Translations under genes and position numbers: made by a program
Source of the DNA: an uncultured Nitrososphaerales archaeon
GTDB taxonomy: Archaea; Thermoproteota; Nitrososphaeria; Nitrososphaerales; Nitrososphaeraceae
DNA: 64,000 nucleotides
Assembly (NCBI GenBank): GCA_963713605.1
Contig: CAVQMO010000010.1
Location: 1,024,001 to 1,088,000 of the forward strand
Direction of reading: 5' to 3'
The notes under the pieces: generated by a model
Databases searched by the model: none
The model's input: only the letters and a program-made list of their open reading frames with translations
Told to the model about the DNA's origin: nothing
Shown: in pieces, positions 55,461 through 64,000 of the stretch
How positions within the stretch are numbered: the stretch's first letter is position 1
Layout of the letters: each line of letters begins with the position of its first letter

Positions 55461-56199
55461 GCAAATGTAGCTATTTACACCTGTAACGCGTGGTTCATTC
55501 AGTTCACAAAGATTAGCTAGAATACAAGTAATGATTTTAAAATAGTAGCTCGAGCGACAAATATAGAACTACGAAGCGTTTTACTATTTAACCAAACGAT
55601 TTTATCCAATAATTCCCTAATCATCTTTAGACCATCAACTTTCATTCTCGTTCATACCTCCTCTTAGTTCAATTGTTTGCTAAAAATATTGACAATACTT
55701 CTGGCAACACAAGATATAGGCGCCTCATTAACAAATGATTATGACGCAGTAGTCACAAAATAGGGTGATGCTAAGTCATCTTCATTGACCAATACGCACA
55801 ATGCATTAATTCTTGCCGAGTTGCTTAATCAAATTCATTTTCTTAAATCTACTTGTAGATTCGAGTTATGTCTAGCTATCAGATCAAGAAATAATCCCTA
55901 TCTACACGAGATAACATGCGTCTTACCATTCACGCAGGCCCTAAACGAAAATCCTTGAAGAACCATAAAATTCAGTCGAATGGTTTTTACTAGAAAGCTT
56001 TCCTTCAATGTAATCCAAATCTCTTAAATAGTAAACACCAATTCATAGGACAGTAGAAATTTTAGACCTCGTACCGAAGATCAAAGTGCTCGTTTCTTGA
56101 ATAAAGTATCATGAACCCCACATCGATATGGTAATAAAGACTACATTGGCCCTGTAATAGGAGCTATTCTTATATTTAAGCAGGATAGATTATCTGTCG

Positions 56200-56460
56200 T
56201 TGGCAACACAAGCGTATTGTGTAAAATGTAAGGCAAAACGAGATATGGAAGATGAAAAGCAGATAACGATGAAAAATGGTCAAAGGGCTTTGTCGGGAAC
56301 TTGTCCTGTTTGTGGTACAAAAATGTTCAAGATAGGTGGTGGCAGAGTGAAAGTCGCAGCTGCTCCTAAGGCTAAGGCGGGCAAAAGCAAAACAGCAAAG
56401 AAATCTAGCCCTAAGGCTAAGGTTAAGGCAAAGACGAAGTCAAAAACTAAAAGAAAGTGA
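56200..56460 (+). CDS. DUF5679 zinc-binding protein with Lys/Ala-rich tail
   Basis: AYCVKCK..MKNG..ALSGTCPVCGTKMFKIGG followed by a 38-aa basic tail. Confidence 0.85.
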   Translation: MATQAYCVKCKAKRDMEDEKQITMKNGQRALSGTCPVCGTKMFKIGGGRVKVAAAPKAKAGKSKTAKKSSPKAKVKAKTKSKTKRK

Positions 56461-56646
56461 AAAAATCATCTGCACTTGATAAACGGAAGCAAGTGTTAGA
56501 TAACAAATTTTTTCTTCTTGTAATCGCAACAATCCTGGCGTACTTGATCGACGAAACCTAATTCTCTCCCATTACAATAGAGCATTATCAGTAGTAGTGG
56601 TGTTGATTAATTCCTCCCCCCTGCGGCCTCATGATTGGTTTCCCAC

Positions 56647-57729
56647 TCAACGTCGCTTACGAAGAGTTCGTTCGACCGTTCCTAGTTTCTCCTCGTCGCC
56701 ACACTCCCTTATAAGCTCGCGAAGAATCTCGCGAGCATTTCCATTCTTTATGTTATTTCTTGCTAATTCTATTCCTTCACTTAGCTTGTCTACTACATTC
56801 CCTATTAACAAAGCAGCAGCAGCGTTTAACACCACTACATCTTGTATTTGCTCTGGGGCATAGCCATATATGGTCTCAATGGTTACTCTAACAGATTCCT
56901 CTTTCGAACTTATTGTAAGATCGTCCCTCTCCGAAAGAGTCAAATCATATTCTTGTGGGCGGATGAGGATTGTGCTTACCTCGCCTTGATTGAAGTAAAT
57001 AACCTTACTATCGCAAGTATTAGTCAGTTCATCAAACCCATCTTGTGAATAAGCTACCATGAACCTCTTAAGACTTGAGTTTTTCATAACATTCGATATT
57101 TGTGTTAACAATGACGGTTTGGACACACCAATTAGTTGACCACTCAAGTTAACACAAGGATTGCAAAGTGGACCTACAATATTTAGAATAGTTCTTATTC
57201 CCAATCCCCTCCGGGCGATGGAGATATTTTTCATCAAGGGATGAAAATTTGGCGCGAACAGAAAGGTAACTCCAACATTATCAAGTGTATACAGCAACCT
57301 CTCGTTAGGCGAAAGAAGATCAAACCCTACAGCTTCAAGAAAATCTGCACTTCCACAAGGACCAGACATGGAACGGTTTCCGTGTTTTGCAACTCGGCAA
57401 CCCGAAGCCGCTGTGACAATGGCGGCAGCAGTACTTATGTTAAAAGTTTTCAACGTTTCTCCACCTGTACCGCAGATATCAATGGATGGTCCTAATGCGG
57501 GTCCAAACGCGTTTTCTTTCTCTCTAACTGCCTCATAGGTACCCAATATCTCGTCATCGGATTCACCCTTCATGGCTAACGCGGTGAGAAACGAACCAAT
57601 AGCTATGTCGGATTCGCTTCCATTGAACATACGTTCGAAGGCAAAAACCGTTTCCGCTTTGCTAAGATTGGCCTTTTCTGTGACCACTCTCTCGATCAAC
57701 ACTTGCAGAGGAGATCTAGCAGATTTCAT
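56647..57729 (-). CDS. trpD: Anthranilate phosphoribosyltransferase
   Basis: DICGTGG, FNIST, AKHGNRS, GSADFLE and DGFDE. Confidence 0.96.
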   Translation of the reverse strand: MKSARSPLQVLIERVVTEKANLSKAETVFAFERMFNGSESDIAIGSFLTALAMKGESDDEILGTYEAVREKENAFGPALGPSIDICGTGGETLKTFNISTAAAIVTAASGCRVAKHGNRSMSGPCGSADFLEAVGFDLLSPNERLLYTLDNVGVTFLFAPNFHPLMKNISIARRGLGIRTILNIVGPLCNPCVNLSGQLIGVSKPSLLTQISNVMKNSSLKRFMVAYSQDGFDELTNTCDSKVIYFNQGEVSTILIRPQEYDLTLSERDDLTISSKEESVRVTIETIYGYAPEQIQDVVVLNAAAALLIGNVVDKLSEGIELARNNIKNGNAREILRELIRECGDEEKLGTVERTLRKRR

Positions 57730-58313
57730 CTTCTTATCATATTCAAAAAATTCAAAAGAATCTGAGGGCCTTGCGTTGTCATTACTGATTCCGGGTGGAA
57801 TTGTACCCCTTCAATTAGATACTTCTTGTGCTTCACTGCCATTATTTCACGATCATCCTTGGAAAGTGCAGTAACTTCTAGGCAATCCGGGACCTTGGAC
57901 GGGTCAGCAACTAGCGAATGATATCTTGTCGCTACAAATGGATTATCAATATTGATGAACAGATCACTTGAAGCATACTCTATCTCACTTACCTTTCCAT
58001 GCCTAATCTCCTTAGCATTAATAATCCTTCCGCCAAATGAGCTGACAATGCCTTGATGTCCTAGACAAATGCCAAGTATAGGAAATGAAGGGCCCATCTC
58101 ACTGATAACACTGCCGCATATTCCAAAGTCTCGCTTCTCTGTAGGAGTTCCTGGACCTGGCGATATCACGATACCATCCGGATTCATTTTCCTAATTTCT
58201 CTAATAGAGCTTTCATCATTTCGCACCACCGTTGGTTTATATCCAAGCTTGCCAATTAGTTGAGCCACATTGTAAACGAAAGAGTCATAGTTGTCAATGA
58301 TAAGGATTTTCAA
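57726..58313 (-). CDS. trpG: Anthranilate synthase component II (glutamine amidotransferase)
   Basis: IDNYDSFVYN, SPGPG, GICLGHQ, RYHSL and QFHPES. Confidence 0.95.
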   Translation of the reverse strand: MKILIIDNYDSFVYNVAQLIGKLGYKPTVVRNDESSIREIRKMNPDGIVISPGPGTPTEKRDFGICGSVISEMGPSFPILGICLGHQGIVSSFGGRIINAKEIRHGKVSEIEYASSDLFINIDNPFVATRYHSLVADPSKVPDCLEVTALSKDDREIMAVKHKKYLIEGVQFHPESVMTTQGPQILLNFLNMIRR

Positions 58314-58494
58314 CTTGAAATGTCACCTCCATATGAAATCTCTGCACTTCGTTTGTAGTTGAAGCCGGAAGTGAATCGATCACGAGTGTATGCATAATTA
58401 AATTTCTTCAACCTATAAAAATCTAATTGATACTTGGATAGTTTTCTATAGGACAACTACAGTATATAAAAGCAAACCTTCTGCTTCTTATTCT

Positions 58495-59541
58495 ATGGTG
58501 AAGCAAAAGGTCAAAGTATTCATTAATGGATATGGGAATATAGGAAGGAGAATCGCTTCGGCCCTATCAAAGGACAACGAAATTGATTTGTTAGGGATTG
58601 CCAAATACACCATGGATGAGCAGATGTTAATAGATCTCAAGGCTAAATTTGATATTTACGTCCCTGAAAACTTAGTCCATAGATACAAGAACTCGATAAC
58701 CGGCTCTATTGGAGAAGCTGTCTCTGAGTGTGACCTAGTGTTAGATGCGGCTAAGGAAGGCGGCGGATACAGTAATAAAATTAAACTCTATGAACCTCTC
58801 CGAAAACCTGCTATCTTCCAAGGAGGAGAAGAACGACATGGTGATAGAGCAGTCGCAAAAATGATACATAATTCCAGGGTAAATTACGATGAAGCTTCAG
58901 GGAAACAGTACGTAATCCAAGGCAGCTGTAACGTATCTGGAATGGGGAAGATCATTCAGCCGCTGATGGAAAGGTTTGGGGATGAAATCCAACGTTTTGA
59001 TGTCACTTTGGTTAGAAGGTGGGCAGATCTAGAAGATTCCAAAGAAGTGAAAGATTCCATCCAGTGGGACAAGAATCCACATCATCAAGAGGACGTGAAG
59101 GACTTTATTCCTCGTGCCAATCTTTTTGTTGAGGCTTTTAAAGTGCCTTCTAGAATGATGCATCTTCACCAGATGATTGTCCGATTTGGTTCAAAATCAC
59201 CTACCAAGGACCAAATTCTAGACGTATTTACTAAAGAATTCGCTGTAGCCATTTTAAATTCTGCTAAAGGAACTGCGGATGTTAGAATGAAAGCAATTGA
59301 GCTCGGATTTGAACATGGAGACACGAACATGGTACACATTCATCAAGACGTGCTACGAACCCAAGGTGAAACCCTAAAGATTGTATATTCAGACGACCAA
59401 ACAGGTCTGGTAATCCCAGAGAATCATCTTCTTCTCCAGTCAATGATTATGCGGAGACCTAGGTTAGAAGCAATAAAAAGAACAGACGAATTATTTCGAA
59501 TTAGCGAAAAGAAAGAAAAGCTGGAAAAGGAATTTGGTTAA
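58495..59541 (+). CDS. gap: Archaeal type II glyceraldehyde-3-phosphate dehydrogenase
   Basis: INGYGNIGRR, IFQGGE, SCN, LVRRWAD and IPEN. Confidence 0.92.
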   Translation: MVKQKVKVFINGYGNIGRRIASALSKDNEIDLLGIAKYTMDEQMLIDLKAKFDIYVPENLVHRYKNSITGSIGEAVSECDLVLDAAKEGGGYSNKIKLYEPLRKPAIFQGGEERHGDRAVAKMIHNSRVNYDEASGKQYVIQGSCNVSGMGKIIQPLMERFGDEIQRFDVTLVRRWADLEDSKEVKDSIQWDKNPHHQEDVKDFIPRANLFVEAFKVPSRMMHLHQMIVRFGSKSPTKDQILDVFTKEFAVAILNSAKGTADVRMKAIELGFEHGDTNMVHIHQDVLRTQGETLKIVYSDDQTGLVIPENHLLLQSMIMRRPRLEAIKRTDELFRISEKKEKLEKEFG

Positions 59542-59790
59542 AATTTTGAAACTAGCTTTTTTGTATTATCAATTCCCATGTTATACTTTCTTCTGGACCT
59601 TGCATAGTATCGATCGTATGAGAATATCTTTATTTATTGTTCACTGTTGAGTTTGGTCCTGATGCCATAGACTTATTCAAAGGATGCAAGGTGGTTTTGA
59701 ACTGACTTCGTCCTATTTAGTCATTGTATATCAGGACACCATAGGAACAGACGCCTAACCTTCAGGAATGGATGGTCTTACCTAATTAGA

Positions 59791-60687
59791 CTAACGAGTA
59801 ATAATATCCACATGATCAATCTTGGGTATTATGGTGTGTTCAGACTGAGTTACGATTTGGCCTTGAGTCTCGATCAGGATAGGATAGGCATGAATATTTT
59901 TCTTTGCGACTAGAACGTCTATTGAGCTGAGCACTTCAGCAGCTTCATAGCTATCCATCAACCATCTAGCTGCGAATGGTAAGGTTTTATACGTGTTCCA
60001 TATTGTTTCCAAGATATTATCAGCTTTCTTGTCTTTGGAAGGTTTCCTAGATCGAATCGCAAAGATGTTCCTTGTTTTCCCCTCGAATACAACACCCTGA
60101 CCATTCTTTGTGGTCACAAATGGTTCGATTGCGTAAGCTTGGTTTTCCACTAACCCAAATGATGGTCCTATGGTGCGTATATTTGGTATCGATTTCCCTG
60201 CGTGAATAGTATACTGTTCCAAAGAATGACCGCTCAAATTCTGGATGGGTTTGAAGCCAAATTTGGCTATCGTGCTTTCAATAACCTTTCCTATTTCGTT
60301 TACGCGGGCGTTAGCGGTGGCGTATCTTACTGCCTCGGCCAATGCGGCCTCTGATGCTCTTACTAGAGGATCATACTTCGCGTCGTAGCAAACCGTTATA
60401 GCAGTATCAGCTATATATCCGTAAATTTGCACACCTATGTCGATCTTGAGTACGTCACCGTCCTTTACCTCTGTTTCATCGTATGGCTCGGCAGTATAAT
60501 GTGCAGCTACATCATTTAGGCTGACATTGACAGGGAAGGCAGGAAGTCCTCCAAGTACCCGAATCTTATTTTCCAAAGTATTACAAATGTCCAGCAGTCT
60601 TCTTCCAACATAGTTGGTATTTCTTGCAGTCTCCCTAACCTCGGACGCTATTTGTCCTGCCTTCTGATAGCACTGCAGATAATCCAT
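59791..60687 (-). CDS. map: Type II methionine aminopeptidase
   Basis: AFPVNVSLN..AAHY, KIDIG, DTA, NLSGH, AIEPF and QSEHT; real start MDYLQ at 60687. Confidence 0.95.
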   Translation of the reverse strand: MDYLQCYQKAGQIASEVRETARNTNYVGRRLLDICNTLENKIRVLGGLPAFPVNVSLNDVAAHYTAEPYDETEVKDGDVLKIDIGVQIYGYIADTAITVCYDAKYDPLVRASEAALAEAVRYATANARVNEIGKVIESTIAKFGFKPIQNLSGHSLEQYTIHAGKSIPNIRTIGPSFGLVENQAYAIEPFVTTKNGQGVVFEGKTRNIFAIRSRKPSKDKKADNILETIWNTYKTLPFAARWLMDSYEAAEVLSSIDVLVAKKNIHAYPILIETQGQIVTQSEHTIIPKIDHVDIITR

Positions 60688-60759
60688 GGGACAGGAGAAT
60701 CTGTTTATCATGATATATATAGAGCTACTGTGTGTGAAAAAAAGGAAACTGAATTGACC

Positions 60760-60833
60760 GGGGTCGTTGTCTAGCTTGGTATGATGCCAGCCTTGGGCGC
60801 TGGAGGCCGCCGGTTCAAATCCGGCCGATCCCA
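60760..60833 (+). tRNA. tRNA-Pro(TGG)
   Basis: GGGGTCG/CGATCCC-A acceptor, anticodon arm CCAGC-CTTGGGC-GCTGG, T-arm GCCGG-TTCAAAT-CCGGC; no intron. Confidence 0.96.
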
Positions 60834-60928
60834 TGGTTATTCAATCTGCAATGGTTCGTTCGGCTTCTTATGAGCTATCCAGAGCTGGTAGCAGATATAC
60901 TAATAAAGTTTAGCTGGTTAAGTGTAAC

Positions 60929-61102
60929 GTGAAGTCAATAATCATAGAGGATTCAACATTTAAAAGATTATCTGGAATCCTCGCTGAGACTATGCATATC
61001 TCCAAGAGAGATCTTACGTATGACGATCTTTTCAATGAGCTCATAGATGTTTACCAGGAACACAATTGGGGGGCTCTCGGTGGTGGTGCAGGTGGAGGTT
61101 AG
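60929..61102 (+). CDS. 57-aa ribbon-helix-helix-like protein with Gly-rich C-terminus
   Basis: MKSIIIEDSTFKRLSGILAETMHISKRDLTYDDLFNELIDVYQEHNWGALGGGAGGG*; T-tract after the stop. Confidence 0.7.
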   Translation: MKSIIIEDSTFKRLSGILAETMHISKRDLTYDDLFNELIDVYQEHNWGALGGGAGGG

Positions 61103-61248
61103 CTTTTTCACTCCGTATGTGTCATATCAAGATTTGCAAGAGCTAGATAACTATCAAAATAAGACGATAGTGAAGAGGATAGTAGTTAAGGCTAGTATCT
61201 AGAATATTTAACGTAACTCCTTTAATATTAAAAACAATAACAGGCCTT

Positions 61249-61560
61249 TTGGCGATGGTCAAAAAGGAGTTCATTATGGTAGTTGATGATACCCAGATCC
61301 CAGTTTTGGGCCATACTCACAGAAATGTCGCTGTAAAGTACCTCATGAAAAGGAGAAGATCCCTTTTGATGACCAAAGATCCTTCAAAGGTTGAAAATAT
61401 GTATACGAGTCTTCCTACACAAATAATGGTAAGGAGTAAGAGGGTTAGTCATGCATATGATATAAACTGGGAGAGGGTAGGTACAGAAAATTTTGAGGGT
61501 TCTAGGTTCCCATTTACGATCTCAGAACAAGTTCAGCTTCAGACCTTGAGCGGACCTTGA
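61249..61560 (+). CDS. Hypothetical protein
   Basis: 103-aa ORF with TTTAATATT upstream. Confidence 0.65.
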   Translation: MAMVKKEFIMVVDDTQIPVLGHTHRNVAVKYLMKRRRSLLMTKDPSKVENMYTSLPTQIMVRSKRVSHAYDINWERVGTENFEGSRFPFTISEQVQLQTLSGP

Positions 61561-61978
61561 CTATGCTAGAATACTAAGTTAAGGAGAATAAAATCATCTC
61601 AGCGCAATTCTCATGTCGTCCAAACCAAGTCGGTTCATCATCACTAGCCCACCCCGAAGAGCGATCCAATTAGCGTTATCATCTATTTTTCTTTACATAC
61701 CTCTCCTTCTACGAACCTTTCGAACGATGAAATTGCCTTAAGCCTTCTCCATGCCTCCGGGCGATTCTAGTTGTTCATCTGCTCACGATAATGTTTATTC
61801 GACATTGACCTTTGAGGTAGGCAAAAGAAGCTTAAACTGTCTTGCTGAACAGTAGCGATCAACCAATGGGTCTGACATTTGGATGAGGTATGCAACGGGT
61901 GCTTCTCAAAATATATAGGCAGGTAGCTTCTATATACTTGTTAAGAGGGATTTGAGTTTATCTGGAGGCTACTGGTGA

Positions 61979-63418
61979 ATGTCAGGTGATTTTAAAGCAA
62001 TGGTTGAGGTCCTGCTTGAAAAAAAGCCAGAGATCAGCGCAGAAGACATTAAAAATCTTGTAGACGAGAAAAAGCGGAAGATTGGGGCGGGTTACCTGAC
62101 TGATCAGGGGGCTTTATTTCTCGTCGCCGCTGACCTGGGCATCTCACTTGAACGAAATCAGTCCAGCCTCCAGAAACTAAAGGATCTTTATGTGGGGGCA
62201 AGAGATATCAGTGTTGTTGGCAGAGTAATGTCGATCTATCCCACACGTACTTTCATGAGAAAGGATAATAGCGAAGAGTTGCGCAACAGAACCCTTACGA
62301 TTCTTGACGGCGATGCTGCAATAAGGCTCAAACTTTGGGAGAAGAGAGTCGAATTTCCAGAGGAATCCGGTTTACGTCCAGGAGATCTCATTAAAGTGAC
62401 CAAAGGTTACGTTAAATCAGGTCTAGACGGAAAACCAATCCTTAACGTGGGAGATATGAGCGCTATTGATGTAATTAAGGAAGGTATTATGGATATACCA
62501 ACTCTGGACCATTTTGCATGTGATATTTCAAAAATTTCCGGTCAAACTGACAATGTGGTAATTTTCGGAAGGATTTCATCATCACCTAGAATAGTTGAAT
62601 ATAAGAACATTAGAGGTCAAGACAGCAAGGCTCTTCAGTTGAATGTATCAAACGATGATGGCACAAAGACAGTGCGAACAGTTATCTGGAATATAGACGA
62701 ATCGAGACTTCCCAAGATTTTGGCAGTGGGTTCGAATATAAACCTCGTAGGTGTAAGAATTAAGCAAGGAAGTGCGCAATATGGAAACTCCGAATTTGAA
62801 ATACACGGAGATGAAGGGACTTCTCTGGATATATCCAACTCTGGAGTAGAACCTGATGTACTAGCCCTCAAATTGATTTCTATCGGAAAGGACTTAGGAA
62901 CTGGCTACCTAGAATGTCTCGCTTTCCAAAAAGATGGGAAGATCACCATGCTTAGAATTGATTCTAAGTTGTTGAAAACCTCGATCAATTCGGGTACAAT
63001 AATTCAATGCATACCAAGCATGATTCTTGGTAATCAAATAACTCTGTCTAGGGATGATTCCTATGTCAGCGAGATCGAAGATGATTCATCATTCCCATCC
63101 ATTGAAACGCTCGAAACCAAAATCGAAGACATTACCAATTCTGACCGTCCGTATCTGGTTGAAGGAATCGTGCTTCAGACACCCTCAATCAATACCGTTA
63201 CTACAAGAAATGGGGAGAATATCTCACTGGCCGAGACTATGTTAGGGGATGATACTGCTGAAATAACCCTTTTAGGGTGGAGAGATCTATCTAATCTTGT
63301 AACCGATCTTAAGGTTGGCGAGAGAATAAAAATCAGAGGAGTCGTCACTAGCACCAGTAGGGACGGCAAACTTCAAATCTCATTGAAACCTTATTCTAGC
63401 ATTCACAAAATTGGGTAA
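61979..63418 (+). CDS. Replication protein A-like OB-fold single-stranded DNA-binding protein
   Basis: GAGYLTDQGALFLVA N-terminus; several OB folds (LKDL..VVGRV..IRLKLW; LGDDTAEITLLGW). Confidence 0.9.
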   Translation: MSGDFKAMVEVLLEKKPEISAEDIKNLVDEKKRKIGAGYLTDQGALFLVAADLGISLERNQSSLQKLKDLYVGARDISVVGRVMSIYPTRTFMRKDNSEELRNRTLTILDGDAAIRLKLWEKRVEFPEESGLRPGDLIKVTKGYVKSGLDGKPILNVGDMSAIDVIKEGIMDIPTLDHFACDISKISGQTDNVVIFGRISSSPRIVEYKNIRGQDSKALQLNVSNDDGTKTVRTVIWNIDESRLPKILAVGSNINLVGVRIKQGSAQYGNSEFEIHGDEGTSLDISNSGVEPDVLALKLISIGKDLGTGYLECLAFQKDGKITMLRIDSKLLKTSINSGTIIQCIPSMILGNQITLSRDDSYVSEIEDDSSFPSIETLETKIEDITNSDRPYLVEGIVLQTPSINTVTTRNGENISLAETMLGDDTAEITLLGWRDLSNLVTDLKVGERIKIRGVVTSTSRDGKLQISLKPYSSIHKIG

Positions 63419-63436
63419 TCTTAAATGTGTCCCAAA

Positions 63437-64000
63437 CTACTTTGGTTTATTAGTCATTCCAAAAGCCTCGGGTAAGTACATGTACTGTCTCTCTGCTTCG
63501 TATATACTTCTATACAATGTTGACTCATCGATGCTATTGCGAAGAACCCTAGCAGCAGTGTCTGCGCCGATACCATGTCCTGATAAAACTGTAATTGCCT
63601 TCCTCCCGAAGTTATTTATTAGAGAAGCAATTTTCCATGCTCGATCAAACCTTCGGTTGTCATCGGCTGTGATCCTGACTCCTTTAAGCTTTTTTATAAT
63701 TATACTAGGAAGTTCAAGATCCGAAACATAAGTTGCGGTAATTAGGCGGGAACTGCATTTCTTACAATGAATTTGGTCAGGTACATCCTTCGTTTCAAAT
63801 ACTCTTTCCCACTCTCCGCAACGAATACAGATTAATCGGTGTTTAGCCCTTAGGAGTCTTTCTTTAACGAGCTCAATGATCCCAGTTTCTAAACTCAGCG
63901 GTGCAGCAGAAAATCTTTGATAGCGTTCCACTGTAGGCTTGGCTAAGTCAGTAAATTCTTCAACTTCGACCCATTGAAGCCTAATCAAGTCATTTGCATA
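63437..64000 (-). CDS. Lhr-like ATP-dependent helicase, C-terminal part (runs off the window)
   Basis: Zinc motifs CIRC and CKKC; GHGIGADTAARVL..IYEAERQY C-terminus. Confidence 0.8.
   Translation of the reverse strand, partial: YANDLIRLQWVEVEEFTDLAKPTVERYQRFSAAPLSLETGIIELVKERLLRAKHRLICIRCGEWERVFETKDVPDQIHCKKCSSRLITATYVSDLELPSIIIKKLKGVRITADDNRRFDRAWKIASLINNFGRKAITVLSGHGIGADTAARVLRNSIDESTLYRSIYEAERQYMYLPEAFGMTNKPK

Noticed and set aside
60688..60834. N-terminal extension of map (MGSAGFEPAASS...)
   Set aside because: It is the antisense translation of tRNA-Pro; homology starts at MDYLQ.
38534..63731. Numerous antisense ORFs (e.g. 38534-39007, 42480-42947, 44031-44363, 63411-63731)
   Set aside because: They fully overlap well-supported genes on the opposite strand and have no motifs.

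Overview
This window looks like chromosome from a soil-type ammonia-oxidising archaeon (Nitrososphaerota, probably Nitrososphaeraceae). Support: 4-hydroxybutyryl-CoA dehydratase, archaeal aIF-5A, S3Ae, Rpp30/Pop5, type II GAPDH, an intron-containing tRNA and TATA-type promoters. It has two parts. (1) About 1-23 kb is an AT-rich, gene-poor accessory region. It holds a few intact genes (a GC-rich DUF899 gene, GNAT, a 2H-phosphoesterase-like protein, ferritin, a Met-rich secreted protein, SnoaL/NTF2 proteins, GT2, a wHTH regulator, a VOC protein and small Cys/His proteins). Between them lie many fragments the ORF track misses: three copies of a terminase-large-subunit-like C-terminus, two decayed HTH (small-terminase-like) genes, N- and C-terminal tyrosine-integrase fragments, and RTX, BNR/sialidase and alpha/beta-hydrolase remnants. 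No capsid or portal gene was recognised. (2) About 23-64 kb is core genome: prs, rps3ae, RNase P proteins, tRNA-Tyr with two BHB introns, hemB, eif5a, purA, pyrF, uppS, ubiX, mtnP, apt, abfD, trpGD, gap, map, tRNA-Pro, RPA and Lhr. Many housekeeping genes carry 1-nt frameshifts, which points to long-read consensus errors, so a frameshift alone was not taken as evidence of a pseudogene. All family calls come from manual translation and motif recognition; no searches were run.
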